From a virus, in the IMG/VR virus record IMGVR_UViG_3300032294_002823: a DNA stretch of 64,000 bases. One strand, written 5' to 3'. This document shows, in pieces, positions 18,763-27,819 of the stretch. The stretch's first letter is position 1. Each line of letters starts with the position of its first letter. The notes beneath the pieces are model-generated. The model was not told the origin of the DNA, did not search any database, and saw nothing but the letters and a program-made list of their open reading frames with translations. The position numbers and the translations under genes are program-made.

Positions 18763-19171
18763 TTTAATAAATATACCCGCAATTCCTGGGTATGAACCAT
18801 TAGAAGTTAAATTGGTGAATCCGGATGACTTCTTGAAGGTTCGGGAAACATTAACACGTATTGGTGTTGCCTCACGAAAGGATCAAACACTATACCAAAG
18901 CTGTCACATCTTACATAAGCAAGGCAGATATTTCATTGTTCACTTTAAGGAACTTTTTGCCCTTGACGGTAAGCATGCTGATTTATCAGATAACGATTTA
19001 CACAGACGTAATACAGTTGCTCATCTTCTTGAAGATTGGGGATTGGTTGACATTGTGAACCCAGACCTATGTGAAGATACCGCACCGTTATCACAAATCA
19101 AAGTACTTGCATTTGGTGAAAAGAACAATTGGAATTTAGTAGCAAAATATAATATTGGAAAAAAGAAATAA
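18752..19171 (+). CDS. regA: Translational repressor RegA
   Basis: DDFLKVRETLTRIGVAS, LYQSCHILHKQGRYFIVHFKELFALDG. Confidence 0.97.
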   Translation: MAHDLINIPAIPGYEPLEVKLVNPDDFLKVRETLTRIGVASRKDQTLYQSCHILHKQGRYFIVHFKELFALDGKHADLSDNDLHRRNTVAHLLEDWGLVDIVNPDLCEDTAPLSQIKVLAFGEKNNWNLVAKYNIGKKK

Positions 19172-19722
19172 GACTTGACTGTAGGGGTGTTAGGAGTTAA
19201 CTTAACCTTAGATACGCCGAAAGGGTATCACTAACACATTCGCTCAAAGGAGGAATTATGACACGTACCTTTACTTTTAACTCTGCTTCTCTTAATACAC
19301 CATGGGCTATTGGCTTTGATAGTCTCTGGGACCGTTTTCATACCATTGAATCGGTTAATAGTGCAAGCAATTATCCCCCATACAACATCGTTAAGCATGA
19401 TGCTGAGCATTGGAGCATCGAACTTGCCGTGGCAGGTTTCAAGCGGAATGAACTTGATGTTGAATTGGCTGAGGGAGTTCTTACCATTTCAGCAAAGACA
19501 GAAACTTCAGAAACCGAAGTGGAATATGTCCATCGCGGTTTGGCAAAGCGTGCGTTCACTCGCAAGTGGACACTCGCTGATGATGTAGTTGTTCGTGATG
19601 CGTCACTTGTTGATGGTGTTCTCACCATTGATTTGGAACGCATCGTCCCCGAGGATAAGAAGCCTCGGAAGATTGACATTTTGTAATTAAATAATCCTCC
19701 TAACACCCTTACAGTTGAGTTT
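19171..19722 (+). repeat. 26-nt inverted repeat flanking hsp20 (arms 19171-19196 and 19697-19722)
   Basis: agacttgactgtaggggtgttaggag pairs with ctcctaacacccttacagttgagttt: 22 Watson-Crick + 4 G-U pairs, no other mismatch. Confidence 0.8.
19258..19686 (+). CDS. Small heat-shock protein Hsp20 (IbpA-like)
   Basis: NYPPYNIV, ELAVAGF, YVHRGLAKRAF, GVLTIDLERIVPE. Confidence 0.95.
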   Translation: MTRTFTFNSASLNTPWAIGFDSLWDRFHTIESVNSASNYPPYNIVKHDAEHWSIELAVAGFKRNELDVELAEGVLTISAKTETSETEVEYVHRGLAKRAFTRKWTLADDVVVRDASLVDGVLTIDLERIVPEDKKPRKIDIL

Positions 19723-19725
19723 ATA

Positions 19726-20022
19726 ATGATTAAATGCATCAAGTTAGTTACAGGCGAAGATTTGATTGGTGACGTTGAAGTACAAGGTGATTCACTCACC
19801 ATCGAAACGCCGTGTGCGGTTGTGCTCATCCCAACCCAAGAACATCAATACTCTGTTGGTCTTGCACCATTTCTTCCGTTTGCTGCCTCCAAGAAGTTTT
19901 CATATTCCCGTGAACATGTTGTGCTGGTATATGAAGCAGCCGACCAATTGAAGAATGAATACAATAGGATTACAGGCAAGGGTATTGTTCTTCCTGAACG
20001 CCCAAAGTTAGAACTAGTCTAA
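19726..20022 (+). CDS. Conserved T4-like hypothetical protein
   Basis: IKLVTGEDLIG N-terminus; typical hsp20-gp43 intergenic gene. Confidence 0.75.
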   Translation: MIKCIKLVTGEDLIGDVEVQGDSLTIETPCAVVLIPTQEHQYSVGLAPFLPFAASKKFSYSREHVVLVYEAADQLKNEYNRITGKGIVLPERPKLELV

Positions 20023-20028
20023 TACATT

Positions 20029-20054
20029 GAAACCTCTCGGAGACGGGAGGTTTC
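20029..20054 (+). terminator. Stem-loop (probable terminator) upstream of the gp43 promoter
   Basis: gaaacctctcg-GAGA-cgggaggtttc. Confidence 0.6.
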
Positions 20055-20062
20055 CTGCCTAC

Positions 20063-20090
20063 TTGACAAAGTGTGGCATCATGTTATATT
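20063..20090 (+). promoter_or_regulatory. sigma70-type promoter of DNA polymerase
   Basis: TTGACA-16 nt-TATATT with TGT just upstream of the -10. Confidence 0.65.
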
Positions 20091-20132
20091 TCATACATAT
20101 CTTAAAAACATTCAAGACCCGGGAGAGGTTGA

Positions 20133-22643
20133 ATGAAGAATTTCTACACGAACGTATTACAATATGGTAATAGAATTCTTGTCCGTGAAATTAAAAACGG
20201 CAAGCGTGACAACCACAAGGTGGAATTCCGCCCCACGATGTTCATTAAGGCGCAGACTGAAACAAAACATAAAAGTTTGTTTGGTGATAATCTAGAGCCT
20301 ATTCAATTTGGTGACATCAACGAAGCAAAAGAATTCATGAAGAAATATAAGGAAGTAGAAAACTTCCCCATCTTCGGTAACACTTCTTTTGCCTATCAGT
20401 ACATCACAGAGAAGTATCCTACTGAGGTTGATTATGATATTAGTCAGCTCACCATCTTCTCACTCGACATTGAGACAGCCTCAGAGAATGGCTTTCCGAG
20501 TATTGACAATCCCATTGAGGAAGTCTTGCTCATCACAGTACAAGATAACAACACAAAGAAGATTACAACCTTTGGCGCAAAAAAGTTTGACATTGAAAAC
20601 ATCAAGCATATTTCCAATAAGAACAATTTCGAATATGTGAAGTGTCGTGACGAAGCAGATTTGCTCAGCACATTTCTTCGTTTCTGGCAAGCCACAACTC
20701 CTGATGTTGTGACAGGATGGAACACACAGCTATTCGATATGCCTTATCTTCTGGTTCGTATCAAGAGAGTTTTGGGTGAAGATAAAGTTAAGGATTTGTC
20801 GCCATGGCGTATTGTTAATGAACGATACATCACGATGAATGGTCGTGAATTTCTCACTGCTGATATTTTTGGTGTGAGTAGCTTAGATTATTTGGACTTG
20901 TACAAGAAGTTTACATACTCGGCACAAGAAAGTTATAAGCTCGATTATATCGCACAGCAGGAATTGGGAAGAAAGAAACTAGAAACGGAATATGAAACAT
21001 TCAAGGATCATTATACAAATGATTGGCAATCGTTTGTGGAATATAACGTTGTTGACGTAGAACTGGTTGACGCCTTAGAAGATAAGATGAAGTTGATTGA
21101 ATTGGTTATCACGATGGCATATGATGCCAAGTGTAACTTCAATGACATCTTCTCGGCGGTGCGAACCTGGGATTGTATTCTTCACAATCATTTGTGGGCA
21201 AAGAATATTATTGTTCATCAAAAGGAACATCATGAAGGTAGAACAATTGCCGGTGCCTATGTGAAAGAACCCGTGCCGGGTAAGTATGATTGGGTCGTGA
21301 GCTTCGACGCGGCATCACTATATCCTAGCATCATCATGCAGTATAACATGAGTCCTGAAACAATGGTGGCGGGTGCATCACTAGACATCACTCCTGAAAA
21401 ACTTTTGGCAGGACATACGGAACACGTTGGTCAACTCCATGACAAGAATGTGGCAATGGCAGCAAATGGCTATTGTTATACACAAACACACCAAGGATTG
21501 TTCCCAGAAATTGTTGAAAAGATTTTCAGTGAACGTGTGTTCTACAAGAAGAAGATGATTGAGGCACAGAAGGAATATGAAAAGACAAAGGATGTTGAAC
21601 AGGTAAAGTTGATTTCCAAATATAACAACATTCAAATGGCTCGTAAGATTCAGTTGAATAGTTTATATGGTGCCTGGGCAAATCAATACTTTCGTTTCTA
21701 TGATGATAGGATTGCCGAAGGTATCACGTTGACAGGACAATACATTATTCAACATATTGGTCGAGCATTGAATGATTATCTGAACAAGACATGTGGAACC
21801 ACTGATGTGGAGTATACTTTCTATTCCGATACTGATAGTTGTTACATCACATTGGATAAGTTGGTTGAACAACATTTCTCACAGTTGGATAAGAACAAGA
21901 TTGTGGATGTGATTGACAAGTTTTGTAAGGATAAAATTAGTAAGGTGTTATCTCGCGCCTGTGAAGAAATCATGGATGTGACACATGGATACGTGTCGAA
22001 GATGGAGTTCAAACGTGAGGTGATTGCTGATAAGGCAATCTGGGTGGCGAAGAAGCGATATGCCTTGAACGTCTATGATAGTGAAGGTGTTCGATACAAG
22101 GAACCCAAGCTGAAGGTACAGGGGCTTGAAATTGTTCGTAGTTCAACGCCTGGGAGTGTCCGTGAATATCTTCGAAACACAGTGAAGATGGCACTGACAA
22201 AAACACAAGATGAGATTCAAGAGTATATTGCTGACCTTGAACAGAAATTCATGCAGATGACACCTGAGGAGATTGCATTTCCGCGAAGTGCCAACAATCT
22301 CTCCAAGTATCATTCACAGGCAACCATATATCAGAAGGCGACACCTATGCATGTTCGAGGTGCACTGTTATACAATCATCACATTAAGTTGAAGAAGTTG
22401 GAAAGAAAGTATGAGCTAATTAAAGAAGGTGATAAAATCAAGTATTTGTATTTGAAGGAACCCAATCCCATCAAGGAAAACAGCATTGCATTTGTGACAT
22501 CGTTACCAAAAGAACTTGACATACATAAGTATGTTGATTATAATACAATGTTCGAAAAGAGTTTTCTAGAACCTATGCGAACCATTCTTGATTGTATGGG
22601 TTGGTCAACACGAAAAATTGCCACACTGGATGATTTATTCTAA
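20133..22643 (+). CDS. gp43: Family B DNA polymerase
   Basis: LDIET, GWNTQLFD, YNVVD exonuclease motifs; SFDAASLYPS, KIQLNSLYG, YSDTDS, KKRYA. Confidence 0.98.
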   Translation: MKNFYTNVLQYGNRILVREIKNGKRDNHKVEFRPTMFIKAQTETKHKSLFGDNLEPIQFGDINEAKEFMKKYKEVENFPIFGNTSFAYQYITEKYPTEVDYDISQLTIFSLDIETASENGFPSIDNPIEEVLLITVQDNNTKKITTFGAKKFDIENIKHISNKNNFEYVKCRDEADLLSTFLRFWQATTPDVVTGWNTQLFDMPYLLVRIKRVLGEDKVKDLSPWRIVNERYITMNGREFLTADIFGVSSLDYLDLYKKFTYSAQESYKLDYIAQQELGRKKLETEYETFKDHYTNDWQSFVEYNVVDVELVDALEDKMKLIELVITMAYDAKCNFNDIFSAVRTWDCILHNHLWAKNIIVHQKEHHEGRTIAGAYVKEPVPGKYDWVVSFDAASLYPSIIMQYNMSPETMVAGASLDITPEKLLAGHTEHVGQLHDKNVAMAANGYCYTQTHQGLFPEIVEKIFSERVFYKKKMIEAQKEYEKTKDVEQVKLISKYNNIQMARKIQLNSLYGAWANQYFRFYDDRIAEGITLTGQYIIQHIGRALNDYLNKTCGTTDVEYTFYSDTDSCYITLDKLVEQHFSQLDKNKIVDVIDKFCKDKISKVLSRACEEIMDVTHGYVSKMEFKREVIADKAIWVAKKRYALNVYDSEGVRYKEPKLKVQGLEIVRSSTPGSVREYLRNTVKMALTKTQDEIQEYIADLEQKFMQMTPEEIAFPRSANNLSKYHSQATIYQKATPMHVRGALLYNHHIKLKKLERKYELIKEGDKIKYLYLKEPNPIKENSIAFVTSLPKELDIHKYVDYNTMFEKSFLEPMRTILDCMGWSTRKIATLDDLF

Positions 22644-22652
22644 GGAGATGCT

Positions 22653-23702
22653 ATGTCATTAATTAACAAGTTACGAAAAAATTCCACAATTCGTGAAACA
22701 GAAATCCTAACTGAAAGTAAATTCTTTTCAGCAAAGGACATGATTCAAACCCCTGTCCCGATGATTAATGTTGCTCTATCGGGTCGTCTTGATGGTGGTC
22801 TTACGCCTGGTTTAACAGTGTTCGCAGGTCCCTCTAAACACTTTAAGACAGCGTTCGCCATGCTTCTTGCGAAGTCATATTTGGAGAAATATGAGGATGC
22901 AGCCATTCTGTTCTATGATTCAGAGTTTGGCGCACCCGCGGGATACTTCAAGAGCTTCGGTATTGATACCGACCGCGTGATCCACACACCGATTACCGAT
23001 ATTGAGCAACTCAAACATGATATGATGTCACAGATTAACAACATTGAACGTGGTGAGCATGTCATCATCATTGTTGATTCTGTTGGTAACTTGGCGTCAA
23101 AGAAAGAAGTTGAAGATGCACTGGAAGGAAAGAGTGTGGCAGACATGACCAGAGCCAAGCAGCTCAAGAGTCTGTTCCGCATGTGTACACCCCACTTAAC
23201 CATCAAGGACATTCCCATGGTGGTTGTGAATCACACATACAAGGAAATTGGTATGTTCCCGAAGGACATTGTATCAGGCGGTACAGGCATCTATTACTCA
23301 GCCGATAACATCTTCATCATTGGTCGTCAGCAAGAGAAGGATGCCGATGGTCTCACAGGATATAACTTCATCATCAATGTTGAGAAGTCTCGCTTTGTTC
23401 GTGAAAAGAGTAAGATTCCTGTTGAGGTATCATTTGAAGGAGGTATTAGCACATGGTCAGGATTGTTGGATGTGGCACTTGAATCCGGACATGTTGTGAA
23501 GCCCGCAAATGGTTGGTATCAAAAGAAGGGAGAAGAAAAGAAGCATCGCTTAAATGACACATACACCCGGGAATTCTGGATGTCTATTCTTTCGGATAGC
23601 ACGTTCAGAGATTGGATTAAAACACATTATGCCATCTCCAACTCGTCCCTAGTGGCAGAATTTACTGATGAACTCATTCAAGAGGAATACGATAATGTCT
23701 AG
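22653..23702 (+). CDS. uvsX: RecA-like recombinase UvsX
   Basis: AGPSKHFKT, FYDSEFG, DMTRAK, VNHTY, SGGTG. Confidence 0.96.
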   Translation: MSLINKLRKNSTIRETEILTESKFFSAKDMIQTPVPMINVALSGRLDGGLTPGLTVFAGPSKHFKTAFAMLLAKSYLEKYEDAAILFYDSEFGAPAGYFKSFGIDTDRVIHTPITDIEQLKHDMMSQINNIERGEHVIIIVDSVGNLASKKEVEDALEGKSVADMTRAKQLKSLFRMCTPHLTIKDIPMVVVNHTYKEIGMFPKDIVSGGTGIYYSADNIFIIGRQQEKDADGLTGYNFIINVEKSRFVREKSKIPVEVSFEGGISTWSGLLDVALESGHVVKPANGWYQKKGEEKKHRLNDTYTREFWMSILSDSTFRDWIKTHYAISNSSLVAEFTDELIQEEYDNV

Positions 23703-24039
23703 TTTTATTGTAAAGGAAAACACAGAATACACGGAAGTAAATACCGCAACCCATTATATTGAAATTGATAGTGGCCCTTTAAACGGACTATGTTTTATAT
23801 TTGGTCCGGTAGAATTCATGGGTGAGGATGAAGAAGGGAATGGAAAGATTAATTTCGATTATCACTTGATTCATGTCCCAGAAACAATTACGTTTCAAGA
23901 ACGACGAGATGAAATTGAAGGTAACATTGGCAAAATTCTACAAATCATTATTGAACAGCAAGTTGCCCAAGAACGAGATAATCAAGAGGTCGTAAATGAA
24001 ACTGGAACAGGTGATACTGAACAATCTACTGAAGGATGA
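23695..24039 (+). CDS. Hypothetical protein (at the T4 gp40 position)
   Basis: Acidic ORF overlapping uvsX and gp41. Confidence 0.65.
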   Translation: MSSFIVKENTEYTEVNTATHYIEIDSGPLNGLCFIFGPVEFMGEDEEGNGKINFDYHLIHVPETITFQERRDEIEGNIGKILQIIIEQQVAQERDNQEVVNETGTGDTEQSTEG

Positions 24040-25390
24040 AACATATCTTCGTAAAGTCATTCCTTTTTTAAAGGATGAGTATTTCATAGATGCAACTGAA
24101 AAGAAGGTGTTTCAAACGATTAATTCTTTTGTGGGGGAGTATAACGCTTCCCCCACAATTGAAGCCGTACACATCTCATTACAGAATGACAAAACAATTC
24201 GTGAAGATGAGTATGAGAGAATTGTAGAACTTGTCAATTCATTTCAAAGTGATGCTGAGAAGAATAAAGAATGGTTATTGAATGAGACAGAAACGTTTTG
24301 TAAGGACAAGGCGGTGTATAACGCCATTGTTCAATCCATTCAAATCATTGATGGTAAGAATGATAAACTGACATCTGATGCCATTCCTGAAATTCTCAAG
24401 GATGCCTTAGCCATTAGTTTTGATAATAGTGTGGGACATGATTATCTTGATGATAGTGAAACTCGGTATGATTTCTATCATCGTGTGGAAGAAAAGATTC
24501 CTTTCGACTTGGATTTCTTCAACAAGATTACAAAGGGTGGATTGTCCAACAAGACATTGAACATTGCACTGGCAGGTACAGGTGTAGGTAAGAGTTTGTT
24601 CATGTGTCACGTTGCAGCAGGCGCCTTGAGTCAAGGGAAAAATGTTCTGTACATCACGATGGAAATGGCAGAAGAAAAGATTGCAGAACGTATTGACGCT
24701 AATTTGATGAATGTCACAATGGATGATTTGAAGAATCTTCCGAAGCAAATGTTTGATGACAGAATTAGTCGTATCAAAAACAAGACGGAAGGAAAACTCA
24801 TCATTAAGGAATATCCCACAGCCTCAGCACATGCAGGACATTTTCGAGCATTGTTGAATGAGTTGAGTTTAAAGAAGGATTTTCGTCCGGATTTGATTTT
24901 CATTGATTACTTGAACATTTGTGCTAGTAGTCGTTTCAAAATGTCTGGGAGCGTGAACAGTTACATTTACATCAAGGGTATTGCAGAAGAACTTCGTGGA
25001 TTGGCTGTGGAATTCAATGTACCTATCGTATCGGCAACTCAAACAACACGAACGGGATATTCCAATAGTGATGTGGAATTGACTGACACATCAGAATCAT
25101 TTGGATTGCCGGCAACAGCCGACTTCATGTTCGCCTTGATTTCCACAGAAGATTTGCAGAAGTTGGATCAAATCATGATAAAACAATTGAAGAACAGATA
25201 TGCCGATCCCAATCATCATAAGCGATTTGTGATTGGCGTTGACCGCGCTAAAATGAAGTTGTTCGATTTGGACATGTCAGCACAAAAAATGGTTTTGAAA
25301 AATGACACACCCTCATCAAGTCAGGAGTCAAAGCCCAATTTTGTCACATCGAAAACGTTCTCACGAAACTTTGAAAGTATTAAAATATAA
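23996..25390 (+). CDS. gp41: Replicative helicase
   Basis: AGTGVGKS, ITMEMAE, IIKEYPT, IDYLNIC, SESFGLP. Confidence 0.97.
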   Translation: MKLEQVILNNLLKDETYLRKVIPFLKDEYFIDATEKKVFQTINSFVGEYNASPTIEAVHISLQNDKTIREDEYERIVELVNSFQSDAEKNKEWLLNETETFCKDKAVYNAIVQSIQIIDGKNDKLTSDAIPEILKDALAISFDNSVGHDYLDDSETRYDFYHRVEEKIPFDLDFFNKITKGGLSNKTLNIALAGTGVGKSLFMCHVAAGALSQGKNVLYITMEMAEEKIAERIDANLMNVTMDDLKNLPKQMFDDRISRIKNKTEGKLIIKEYPTASAHAGHFRALLNELSLKKDFRPDLIFIDYLNICASSRFKMSGSVNSYIYIKGIAEELRGLAVEFNVPIVSATQTTRTGYSNSDVELTDTSESFGLPATADFMFALISTEDLQKLDQIMIKQLKNRYADPNHHKRFVIGVDRAKMKLFDLDMSAQKMVLKNDTPSSSQESKPNFVTSKTFSRNFESIKI

Positions 25391-25393
25391 ATA
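25386..25393 (+). promoter_or_regulatory. gp55-dependent late promoter
   Basis: TATAAATA 30 nt upstream of ORF 25423. Confidence 0.65.
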
Positions 25394-25422
25394 GAGAGTG
25401 GTGTCTTAACCCAGGGGGAATT

Positions 25423-26106
25423 ATGTATCTGGCTAGTAAGCTACACAAAGAAATAAATACTCATTTTTCACCCGATGAGATTATTGGTAGTGAGCTGACG
25501 TATGCGCAGATAAGTAGAAGAATGAATAAAATTCTTCGCCCTCTGGGTGCCAAAGGAAAAGTGGTTCGAGATGACAATTTAAAGAGTAAGTCTAACTCCC
25601 GTCAATACTATTCCTTTTCGGGATACTATGACACAGAGGCGACAGGTATTCCCATTGTGATTAATGTTCACTTTGCGTCGAATAGAAAAACCTTTTCGTT
25701 TACTCGGGCGCGGTACAATGGATTCATGTTCATGTTGTCACAGATTATTCAACATGAATTCATCCATAAGAGTCAATATGAGTTTCGTCCAGAACACTCG
25801 GAACGTTTAGTGAAGGTGTATCACTCAGATAAGTTGTCGAAAAAGCGGTTAAAGCAAATAGAATATTTAAGTTCATGGTGTGAGATTGAGGCGTATGCCC
25901 ATGACATCGCTATGGAAATTAATCAATATTATCCAACGTCGAATCCGTCAACCATTTTGAAGCATATTGATGGACATAGAAAATTGTATAGTTACAAGTT
26001 CTATAAAGATGCCTTCAAGGGAACAGACTGGGATAGACTGAAAAAATCATTAATGCGGAAAATCTGGCGTTGGCTCCCCTCAGCACAGGGGTTTCAAGCC
26101 GTGTAA
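25423..26106 (+). CDS. Hypothetical protein with HExxH zincin-like motif
   Basis: QHEFIHKSQ...EIEAYA. Confidence 0.65.
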   Translation: MYLASKLHKEINTHFSPDEIIGSELTYAQISRRMNKILRPLGAKGKVVRDDNLKSKSNSRQYYSFSGYYDTEATGIPIVINVHFASNRKTFSFTRARYNGFMFMLSQIIQHEFIHKSQYEFRPEHSERLVKVYHSDKLSKKRLKQIEYLSSWCEIEAYAHDIAMEINQYYPTSNPSTILKHIDGHRKLYSYKFYKDAFKGTDWDRLKKSLMRKIWRWLPSAQGFQAV

Positions 26107-26166
26107 GTTGTTGTAAAATAAGCACTTAGCGGAGGGCTTGACAAATCCCCCAAATGGTGTTATATT
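26104..26166 (+). promoter_or_regulatory. Early promoter with upstream 25-bp element
   Basis: taagttgttgtaaaataagcactta 26104-26128; TTGACA 26138, 17 nt spacer, TATATT 26161. Confidence 0.82.
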
Positions 26167-26206
26167 TAAAGAGTAAGACATTCAAAACTAAACCGAGGGT
26201 TCGACA

Positions 26207-26383
26207 ATGACGCAAAATGTGCAGGACCCTGAGGATGAGGCGGTTACAGTAACCGGACGATTCTGGGCAGAAGTGGATTTAGATGAGCAAGAATATCTAG
26301 ACCGGCTGGCCAGTTTCGGAGAAGGATACTATGACTTTTCCACATTTTCAGGAGAAGGAAGTGGTGAAATGAGTTTAGCATAG
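26207..26383 (+). CDS. Small acidic early protein (58 aa, below ORF-track cutoff)
   Basis: MTQNVQDPEDEAVTVTGRFWAEVDLDEQEYLDRL...MSLA*, RBS GAGG, first ORF after the promoter. Confidence 0.6.
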   Translation: MTQNVQDPEDEAVTVTGRFWAEVDLDEQEYLDRLASFGEGYYDFSTFSGEGSGEMSLA

Positions 26384-26385
26384 GC

Positions 26386-26414
26386 TTGACAAACGGTACT
26401 ACTTGTAGTATATT
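26386..26414 (+). promoter_or_regulatory. sigma70-type early promoter
   Basis: TTGACA-17 nt-TATATT. Confidence 0.8.
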
Positions 26415-26457
26415 TAAGTTGTAGGTGAAAACTCTAACTTTCTCAGGAGGCTACATT

Positions 26458-26781
26458 ATGCGTAATTCAGACAAGGTCAACTTCGTTGGTTTCTCTACTG
26501 GTGGCAAGGGCTGCAACGGCACGAAGGTTCGCTTCGCGGTCGAGAAGGTTCGTCGCAGCAAGGTGCTTCAGAAGATTGGCGCAACTAACATCATTTGGCA
26601 TGCTCTTCCCGAGGCGATGACGAAGGCGGATGCTGTCAACTATCTTCAGAATCAGACCACTTCGCTCAGCCTCGACCAGGTACAGCAGGAGGCGGTGGCA
26701 CGTGCCACCAATCGTCTGATCCCTAAGACCAAGACGGCGCCTGCGCCTAAGGCGGCTTCGAAGGCGAAGCGTAGCAAGTAA
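26458..26781 (+). CDS. Basic protein with Lys/Ala-rich tail (putative DNA binding)
   Basis: RBS AGGAGG; C-terminus PKTKTAPAPKAASKAKRSK; G/C-ending codon bias. Confidence 0.75.
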   Translation: MRNSDKVNFVGFSTGGKGCNGTKVRFAVEKVRRSKVLQKIGATNIIWHALPEAMTKADAVNYLQNQTTSLSLDQVQQEAVARATNRLIPKTKTAPAPKAASKAKRSK

Positions 26782-26833
26782 AGTATAAAAAGGTTTACGG
26801 TTATCCTAATTGAAAACCGTATTTCATTATATG

Positions 26834-26880
26834 ATTGTTAGATGCACCGCCACAATCTAACAATTCTTGACTTGTGTGGC
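26834..26880 (+). promoter_or_regulatory. H-type RNA pseudoknot abutting the RBS of the HTH gene
   Basis: Stem 1 attgttagat/atctaacaat (26834-43/26855-64); stem 2 gccaca/tgtggc (26849-54/26875-80). Confidence 0.6.
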
Positions 26881-26895
26881 AATAGGAGATTTACC

Positions 26896-27138
26896 ATGAC
26901 TCAGAATGAACGTCTTATCCAGTATCTTTCAACCGGTCGTACCCTCACCGCAGCTCAGGCTCGTAGCCGTTTCGGCGTCCGTAACCTTCGTGCTCGCGTG
27001 AACGACCTTCGTAACGATGGCTTCTGCGTGTACACCAATCGCAACAGCAACGGTGTCACCTATCGCATGGGAACCCCATCCCGCGCCATCGTCGCCGCAG
27101 CCTATAACAAGGCTGGCAGCGCTCTCTTTTCCCGCTAA
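26896..27138 (+). CDS. Small winged-HTH protein
   Basis: TQNERLIQYL..G..LTAAQARSRFGVRNLRARVNDLR..G..VY; RBS AGGAG. Confidence 0.8.
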   Translation: MTQNERLIQYLSTGRTLTAAQARSRFGVRNLRARVNDLRNDGFCVYTNRNSNGVTYRMGTPSRAIVAAAYNKAGSALFSR

Positions 27139-27151
27139 GGAAAAGTAGAAC

Positions 27152-27484
27152 ATGGACACGGTGAAGAGCATTATGGGTAATTGGTATCACATTCCTACGG
27201 CAATGGCCTTTACATACATGATGCTCTCACCGGCCAAGTTCTTTAAACAGGTGGACACTGTGGTTCTGCAAGAACCCGATAAAGATGATGTTATTGACTG
27301 CCCCTCAGAAATTATTTGTCAAGGAGATTCTATGGAAGACATTCTGCGCGACGAACGGGTATTGAACAACATCAACATGATGATTTCTAACGCTACAAAT
27401 CCTGATGTAAAACAACTTTGGGAAGTGAAGAAGGCGGAGTTTGAACGGGCACTACGTTGGAAGCGTCAGACCCGATATAACTAA
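27152..27484 (+). CDS. Hypothetical protein
   Basis: ORF in operon context. Confidence 0.6.
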   Translation: MDTVKSIMGNWYHIPTAMAFTYMMLSPAKFFKQVDTVVLQEPDKDDVIDCPSEIICQGDSMEDILRDERVLNNINMMISNATNPDVKQLWEVKKAEFERALRWKRQTRYN

Positions 27485-27488
27485 AAAT

Positions 27489-27776
27489 ATGATTAAGAAA
27501 AATCTAGACTTCGTGAAGTCTGTCGGCGAAAGTATGGCGAATGAATATTCCATTAATTGGGAAAGTTGGACAGAAGAAGAAACGAAGCGAATTGAAAAAG
27601 AAGCAAACATTTCCATGAAGTTTTATGAAAAGCTGTTCAGAGAATTCAATATAGATAACGAAGAACATACCGTTGAAATGTTTGAAGATATACTTGAAAA
27701 TCTTGTATCAGGATATGTTTTACTATCCATTATCAATAGAAAAAAGGCGGTAGATGAGCTATTGTCTAGTGTGTGA
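27489..27776 (+). CDS. Hypothetical protein
   Basis: ORF in operon context; probable ATG 27489. Confidence 0.6.
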   Translation: MIKKNLDFVKSVGESMANEYSINWESWTEEETKRIEKEANISMKFYEKLFREFNIDNEEHTVEMFEDILENLVSGYVLLSIINRKKAVDELLSSV

Positions 27777-27777
27777 G

Positions 27778-27785
27778 TATAAATA
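27778..27785 (+). promoter_or_regulatory. gp55-dependent late promoter
   Basis: Intergenic TATAAATA. Confidence 0.7.
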
Positions 27786-27819
27786 GTAGTGTCTTTATAC
27801 TCAGAGATGGTTGAAACTT

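Noticed and set aside
26834-26880. preQ1 riboswitch
   Set aside because: Pseudoknot lacks the preQ1-I loop consensus and A-rich tail, and is not upstream of que genes
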